Assembly (NCBI GenBank): GCA_965219455.1
Contig: OZ244744.1
Coordinates: 3,968,001-4,032,000, forward strand
Direction: 5' to 3'
Length of the DNA: 64,000 bases
DNA from: Candidatus Latescibacterota bacterium
GTDB taxonomy: Bacteria > Latescibacterota > UBA2968 > GCA-2709665
A program made the position numbers and the translations under genes. Positions 59,019-64,000 of the stretch are shown piece after piece. A model generated the notes under the pieces. The model did no database searches. It was given only the letters and a program-made list of their open reading frames with translations, and was not told the origin of the DNA. Numbering within the stretch: the first letter of the stretch is position 1; the number at the start of each line of letters is the position of its first letter.

Positions 59019-60296
59019 ATGAAAAGCGGCGTTGCTATGGCCGATATCACGCCAGAACCGGGCCCCGTTTTACAGGGACACTGGAGTACGAACCCATCGC
59101 ATTCCGTCCTGTACCCGCTGGAGGTGCGGGCGATCGTATTCGAAGAGGGCGACGTCAGGACGGCGATAGCTACCCTTGATGTAATCGGCGTGACGAAAGA
59201 AACAACCGATAGGATCCGGGCGCGGGTGACCGCGGCATGTGGTATCCCCGGTGATCACGTAATGGTGGCCTGCAGCCATACCCATTCCGCGCCGCCGACG
59301 CTACCGGCGCTGGGGATGGAACCGCCGGAAGGGTGGATGGAGAAGATCGAGACCGAAACCGCACAAAGCATCGCGCGGGCGGCCGCGGATTTAAGGCCGG
59401 TCCGGTTCGGGGTGGGCTGTGGTTCGGCGCATTTCAATATCTGCCGCAGGCCGCTGCCGGGCAAGGCCGGCATGATGCTGAATTTCGGCGGTATTGTGGA
59501 CCGGCGCGCGCGGGTACTTCGCGTGGAGGCTGAGGACGGAACGCCGCTGGCGGTTCTGTTTCACTATTCATGCCATACCACGACCAAGAGCGGGTCCGAC
59601 GGCTATATGTCGCCGGATTACGCGGGCATTGCCCGGAGGGTGATTGAAGAGGCCATTGGCTGTAAGGCGTTGTTTCTGGCGGGCTGCTTCGGCAATATCC
59701 GACCGGCCGTCGTGGACCCCGAAACAGGACGCTTCAAGTCGGCAAGCAAGGCCGAACTGGATGCCTGCGGCGAGGAGTTGGGCCGCGAGGTGGCGCGCGT
59801 CGCCGAAAGTCTGAAGACACGGCGATCCTCGCAGTTGGAAGCGCGGCGTGCCGATGTGCGTATTTCATTCGGCGCGCACGATCCGGTGGAGAAACTTCGT
59901 GCGATAGCGTCCGACGAGAGCGCAAGGGGCCGTCTGTTGATCGGGCCGTGGGCAAACCAGGTGTTGGAGATGATCGAGAGCGGTGGAATCCCGGAAAGCC
60001 GTGCGACAGAGATGCAGTTGATGGCGCTGGGGCCACTGACGTGCGTTACCATACCCGGGGAACCGGTCCAGGAGATCGGACACGCGATTGAGAAACGTCT
60101 GCGGGGGATGATTGACGCGGATGACGTGTGGCCTGTTGGATACGCGAACGACGAGATCGGATATCTATGTACCGATCGGCAGTACGAAGAGGGCGGGTAC
60201 GAGCCCAACGCATACCCCTATTACGGCGAACCCGCCAGGTTCCAGGGGGAGGAGCAAACCATAGTAGCGACAGCGGAGTCCCTGGCGCGGGGGTAG
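59019..60296 (+). CDS. Neutral/alkaline ceramidase-like amidohydrolase
   Basis: ADITP, ACSHTHSAP, FHYSCH, SPDYAG, IPGEP, GYAN..GY..YEEGGYE. Confidence 0.85.
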   Translation: MKSGVAMADITPEPGPVLQGHWSTNPSHSVLYPLEVRAIVFEEGDVRTAIATLDVIGVTKETTDRIRARVTAACGIPGDHVMVACSHTHSAPPTLPALGMEPPEGWMEKIETETAQSIARAAADLRPVRFGVGCGSAHFNICRRPLPGKAGMMLNFGGIVDRRARVLRVEAEDGTPLAVLFHYSCHTTTKSGSDGYMSPDYAGIARRVIEEAIGCKALFLAGCFGNIRPAVVDPETGRFKSASKAELDACGEELGREVARVAESLKTRRSSQLEARRADVRISFGAHDPVEKLRAIASDESARGRLLIGPWANQVLEMIESGGIPESRATEMQLMALGPLTCVTIPGEPVQEIGHAIEKRLRGMIDADDVWPVGYANDEIGYLCTDRQYEEGGYEPNAYPYYGEPARFQGEEQTIVATAESLARG

Positions 60297-60300
60297 GCAG

Positions 60301-61362
60301 GTGGGAAGGAAACGGGAAGAAAGTGATTTCCGTTCGGATTCGGCGGACAGGTCCGGGCGTACCGTCCGCGCGGCGATTTACGGTACCGGGTCATGGGCGA
60401 ACCAGACCCATATTCCAAACCTGAAGAAGCTTGGCGTCGACGTTGTGGCGGCTTGCGACGTGGATGCCGCGGCCCTGGGTCGCACGGCGGACCGATTCGA
60501 CATTCCGGCGGTCTATGCCAATGGGCACGAGATGGTCGAGAAAGAGTGGTTCGACGTGCTCTTTTCGGTGGTGCCCGCCTTTGCGCGCACGGACGTCGAG
60601 ATCAGAGCCGTGGAACGGGGCATACATCTATTCAGCGAAAAACCGCAGGCGCTTCGGATGGCCGTGGCGCTCGATATCGACCGGGCGGTTCGGAACGCCG
60701 GCGTGTTGAGTACGGTGTGCTTTCGAGAACGGTATCGACCGCTGTTCCAGGAGGCCAGGCGGTTGCTGAACGGGAAGCGGATCCTGCACGCGATTTTTCG
60801 ATCCGTGGGCGGTCCGCCGCGGCTCAGGTCGCGGATGGAGGGAACCTCCTGGTGGCACAAGATGGACATATCCGGCGGGCCCGCCCTGGATTGGGGCGTA
60901 CATGCCGTGGACTACACCCGGTTTATGACAGGATTGGACGTGGAAAAAGTCCAGGCGTTCTATTGTGAGCAGCCGGAGGTGTTCTGCGAACCTTTTTCCT
61001 CTTCTTTCCATTTCTTATTGAATAACGGCGCCACAATGACCATGACGTTTGTACGCGCGGACCCGTCGGGTACGCCGCAGCCGTGGTTCACGTTTTTTTT
61101 CGATGGGGGACGGCTTGAGATTTTCAATTACGAACGCATCGATTTGGACGGGGAGACGGTCTATCGATCAGGGGATTTCGATCCGTGGTTCGAGCAGGAC
61201 CGGATTTTTGTTGAGGCCGTGCGTTCGGGCGATCGTAGCGGAATTCTGAACGACTACCACGATGGTCTCTATTCTCTGGCGCCAATCCTGGCGGGATGGG
61301 ATTCGGCCCGGCAGGGCGGGCGATGTCTGGACGTCAGAACGTATTGCGAGCAGGGGGATTGA
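60301..61362 (+). CDS. Gfo/Idh/MocA family oxidoreductase
   Basis: IYGTGSWA..H, FSEKP, SGGPALDWGVHAVD. Confidence 0.92.
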   Translation: MGRKREESDFRSDSADRSGRTVRAAIYGTGSWANQTHIPNLKKLGVDVVAACDVDAAALGRTADRFDIPAVYANGHEMVEKEWFDVLFSVVPAFARTDVEIRAVERGIHLFSEKPQALRMAVALDIDRAVRNAGVLSTVCFRERYRPLFQEARRLLNGKRILHAIFRSVGGPPRLRSRMEGTSWWHKMDISGGPALDWGVHAVDYTRFMTGLDVEKVQAFYCEQPEVFCEPFSSSFHFLLNNGATMTMTFVRADPSGTPQPWFTFFFDGGRLEIFNYERIDLDGETVYRSGDFDPWFEQDRIFVEAVRSGDRSGILNDYHDGLYSLAPILAGWDSARQGGRCLDVRTYCEQGD

Positions 61363-61364
61363 CG

Positions 61365-62198
61365 ATGGACACGAAAGGATATGCGAATCCGGATTTGTTG
61401 ATGACGCCCGGTCAGTTGCACGGTCGCATCCACGAAGCAACGATGTGCATCGTGGACGTCCGGCCCACGCACGAATACGTGGGGGGGCATATTCCGGGGG
61501 CTCTGCACCTGGATCTGTACGGAATCAGCCTGAACAACACCGGAAGGGAGGCGTTTGAAGCGTTTACGTGGACCCTGGCCTACTTGATGGGAAGCCGGGG
61601 AATAGGCTCCGATGTAACGGTGGTGTTTTACGAAAACGACTCCGGGATGCGGGCGGCGCGCGGCTTCTGGATCTGTGAATATCTGGGTCACCGCGACGTT
61701 CATGTTCTGGACGGCGGGCTTCAGGCCTGGACGGCGGCGGGATACGAGACCGCGGTTGAGGTCCCGATTCCCGAACAGACCACGTTCGATATCGCGCCGG
61801 TGGCGGAACGCAACATCGGTTTCGAGGAGATTCGGGATTCGCTGGGACGTGCGGATTTTGTGCCGCTGGATACGCGGAGCGAAGACGAGTATTACGGGCG
61901 GGTGGCGCGTTCGGCCCGGGGCGGGGCCATCCCCGATGCCGTGCATATCGAATATCTGAACAACCTGGATGAGTCGGGCGCTTTCAAACCGGCGGCGGAG
62001 TTGCGCGCATTGTACGAGAGGGCGGGTGTGACGCCGGAGCAGACGGTGGCATGTTACTGACAGGGCGGGTACCGTTCCTCCCATTCGTACCTGGCGTTGC
62101 GCCTGCTGGGCTATAGAAATGTGCGCAACTACATCGGGTCGTGGAAGGAATGGGGCGACCGGCTGGATCTGCCGGTGGAAGTTCCGGAGGCGCCGTAA
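61365..62198 (+). CDS. Tandem-rhodanese sulfurtransferase, probable selenoprotein (UGA at 62058-62060)
   Basis: GHIPGA, VLDGG, GAIPDA, then Y-TGA-QGGYRSS at the catalytic Cys position, followed in frame by [11 protein letters not shown] to TAA at 62198. Confidence 0.88.
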
Positions 62199-62267
62199 TC
62201 GGAGTGGGACGCGTATGCGAGGTGTCCGACAGAACACCGGGGTATGGCAATAGTGGAAGGGAGAACT

Positions 62268-62741
62268 TCAGATCCCTCCCATTTCACAGACGATTTCAAA
62301 TTCCCTTTGCTTGACGGGCTGGATGGAGAGGCGCTGTCCCCTCCGGACAACCAGCATCTCTTTCAGTTCAGGATTCGCTTTCAGGTCTTTGAGACGCACG
62401 TAGGTCTCGAAGGCCTTTTTCCATTTGACGTCTACGGAGAACCATCGGGGATCGTCCGGGGTGGATTTGGCATCGTAATAGTTGCTCCCGGGGTCGAAGG
62501 CAGTGGGGTCGGGATAGGCCGCACGCACAATTTCCGCCAGGCCGGCAATACCGGGTTCGTCGCAGTTCGACTGGTAGAAGAGGACGACGTCCCCCGTCCG
62601 CATGTCGTCGCGGATGAAATTTCGGGCCTGATAGTTGCGCACGCCGCGCCATTTTCCGGTACTATCGGGGCGGTTGTTCTTCAGGTCGTCGAAGCTGCAT
62701 TCGCTGAGTTCGCACTTCATCAGCCAGTATTTCTTCGGCAT
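62268..62741 (-). CDS. EVE domain protein
   Basis: YWLMK.E, WRGVRNYQARNF, AYPDPTAFD, RLSIQPV. Confidence 0.93.
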   Translation of the reverse strand: MPKKYWLMKCELSECSFDDLKNNRPDSTGKWRGVRNYQARNFIRDDMRTGDVVLFYQSNCDEPGIAGLAEIVRAAYPDPTAFDPGSNYYDAKSTPDDPRWFSVDVKWKKAFETYVRLKDLKANPELKEMLVVRRGQRLSIQPVKQREFEIVCEMGGI

Positions 62742-62797
62742 GGCTTCTTCTCTTACCGTTGGGGCGTGGCGGGACCCGCACCCTTTTTTCATCCGTA

Positions 62798-63835
62798 TCA
62801 GGCGTCTTTCGCGATTTCCTCGAGCATTACCGGCCAGGCTTCCTCGGCGTAAAACCGGTGGCCTCCGTTGCCGACAACCAGGTGGCAGCGTTGGGATGCG
62901 CCCGCGACGGTGTAGATTTCCTTGAGATGGCGAAAGGCTTTCCGAACGCCGGCGACGGGAAATATACCGTCTTCTTTTCCGGCCACGATAACGACCGGTC
63001 TGGGAGCAAAGAGTCCCATTACGTCGGCCATTTCGGCGTACTTGAGCAATCCGGGTACATAGTTGTCCGCACAGTGATATATGGACATGATGGAGTCCCG
63101 GAACGTGCAGAAATAACAGGAGGGCATCGCGTACGAGATGCGCGGCAGTAAAGCCGAGGCAAAGAGGCTGACGGTCCCGCCGCCGGAGTTGCCCATAACG
63201 CCGATGCGCCCGGGATGGGCGTCGCCCCGGGAGAGCAGGTAGTCGATCCCTCTGTCTACGTCATAAACGCGCTCGCCCAGCAGGGTGCGACCGAGCATGA
63301 GCGCGTGCATTGTGGCGTCGTGACATCCATGGGAGGACGTTTTCTGCTGGACGCGCTCCCGCCGTTCGCCGAAAGAGCGCTGTTCGATGCAGAGTGCGCC
63401 AATACCACGCTTCATGCACCCGATGCCGAAGTCCCTGTCTCCGGGTACCTCAATGGGCGCGGCGTTATCGTCCCTGGCGACGGCGATGGAGTTGTGCATG
63501 CCCGTGGAGTGGCCCTGTACGCAGATGAAGAAGGTGTACGGGGGTTCCTGGCTCTTCGGCAGGCAAACATAGGCGGGAACGTCCGAGTACGGCTCGCTGG
63601 TGAATACGATCTTTTCGATGCCTCCCAGCGCGTGATCCCGTTTCCAGACGGTGCGTACGTTCAGGGAGACACGTTCTTCCGGCATGTCCCCGACAAGCTG
63701 GCGTACCTTGCGGCGGAGCTCCTGCTGCCAGGGTTTGAGGTCGTCGTCCCGGTACGTCATCGACGGTTCGAGTGTATCCATCATATGCCCGTGATGCACC
63801 GACGGAGAGAAACTGAAGTTGGTTTTTCTTGACAT
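62798..63835 (-). CDS. Alpha/beta hydrolase (acetylxylan-esterase/abhydrolase_7-like)
   Basis: VQGHS, SFGER, GERVYD, nucleophile GNSGGG, APRP, GGHRFY. Confidence 0.88.
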   Translation of the reverse strand: MSRKTNFSFSPSVHHGHMMDTLEPSMTYRDDDLKPWQQELRRKVRQLVGDMPEERVSLNVRTVWKRDHALGGIEKIVFTSEPYSDVPAYVCLPKSQEPPYTFFICVQGHSTGMHNSIAVARDDNAAPIEVPGDRDFGIGCMKRGIGALCIEQRSFGERRERVQQKTSSHGCHDATMHALMLGRTLLGERVYDVDRGIDYLLSRGDAHPGRIGVMGNSGGGTVSLFASALLPRISYAMPSCYFCTFRDSIMSIYHCADNYVPGLLKYAEMADVMGLFAPRPVVIVAGKEDGIFPVAGVRKAFRHLKEIYTVAGASQRCHLVVGNGGHRFYAEEAWPVMLEEIAKDA

Positions 63836-64000
63836 GGCCGTGCCTCGTATCGCCGAAATAGAGATGGCCGCAGGGTCGGGGCGCGCTCCGGTACGGCTTT
63901 GTTTTATTAATCAACCTGCGCATTGGCGCGTTGTTTCCATTTTTCGTAGTTGGGAGACAGCGCCAGGGCGCCGTCCGGCTGCGGCACGAGTTTGCCGTTC

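Overview
This is a high-GC bacterial chromosome segment. GWxTD/TPR proteins, a FlgD-Ig tail and dockerin/EF-hand tails suggest an FCB-group lineage such as Latescibacterota or Gemmatimonadota (inference). The backbone carries a LysR regulator with ino1, secreted and lipoproteins, aceE-aceF-lpdA, topA-xerC, amtB with a TorF-like porin, and several catabolic enzymes. A sulfurtransferase has an in-frame UGA at its catalytic site and is a probable selenoprotein. A visibly more AT-rich accessory/defence island (~37.8-53.4 kb) has every gene co-oriented except an IS1380 transposase. It holds hicBA, a helicase-less type ISP-like R-M enzyme, and three near-identical HTH antitoxin genes, each followed by a different putative defence gene. 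It also holds two copies of a DUF5678-like/retropepsin pair, one split by the IS1380 with a 5-bp TSD. Several genes are eroded by internal deletions (PFOR, CLC, a cyclase-like gene, TA toxins, possibly glnK). Other notable signals are an in-frame palindromic insert in topA, two promoter-linked candidate structured RNAs, nested REP/MITE-like repeats, and a lipoprotein with ~31 Tcp10/G-box-like beta-hairpin repeats. Family names come from motif recognition by eye; no searches were run.
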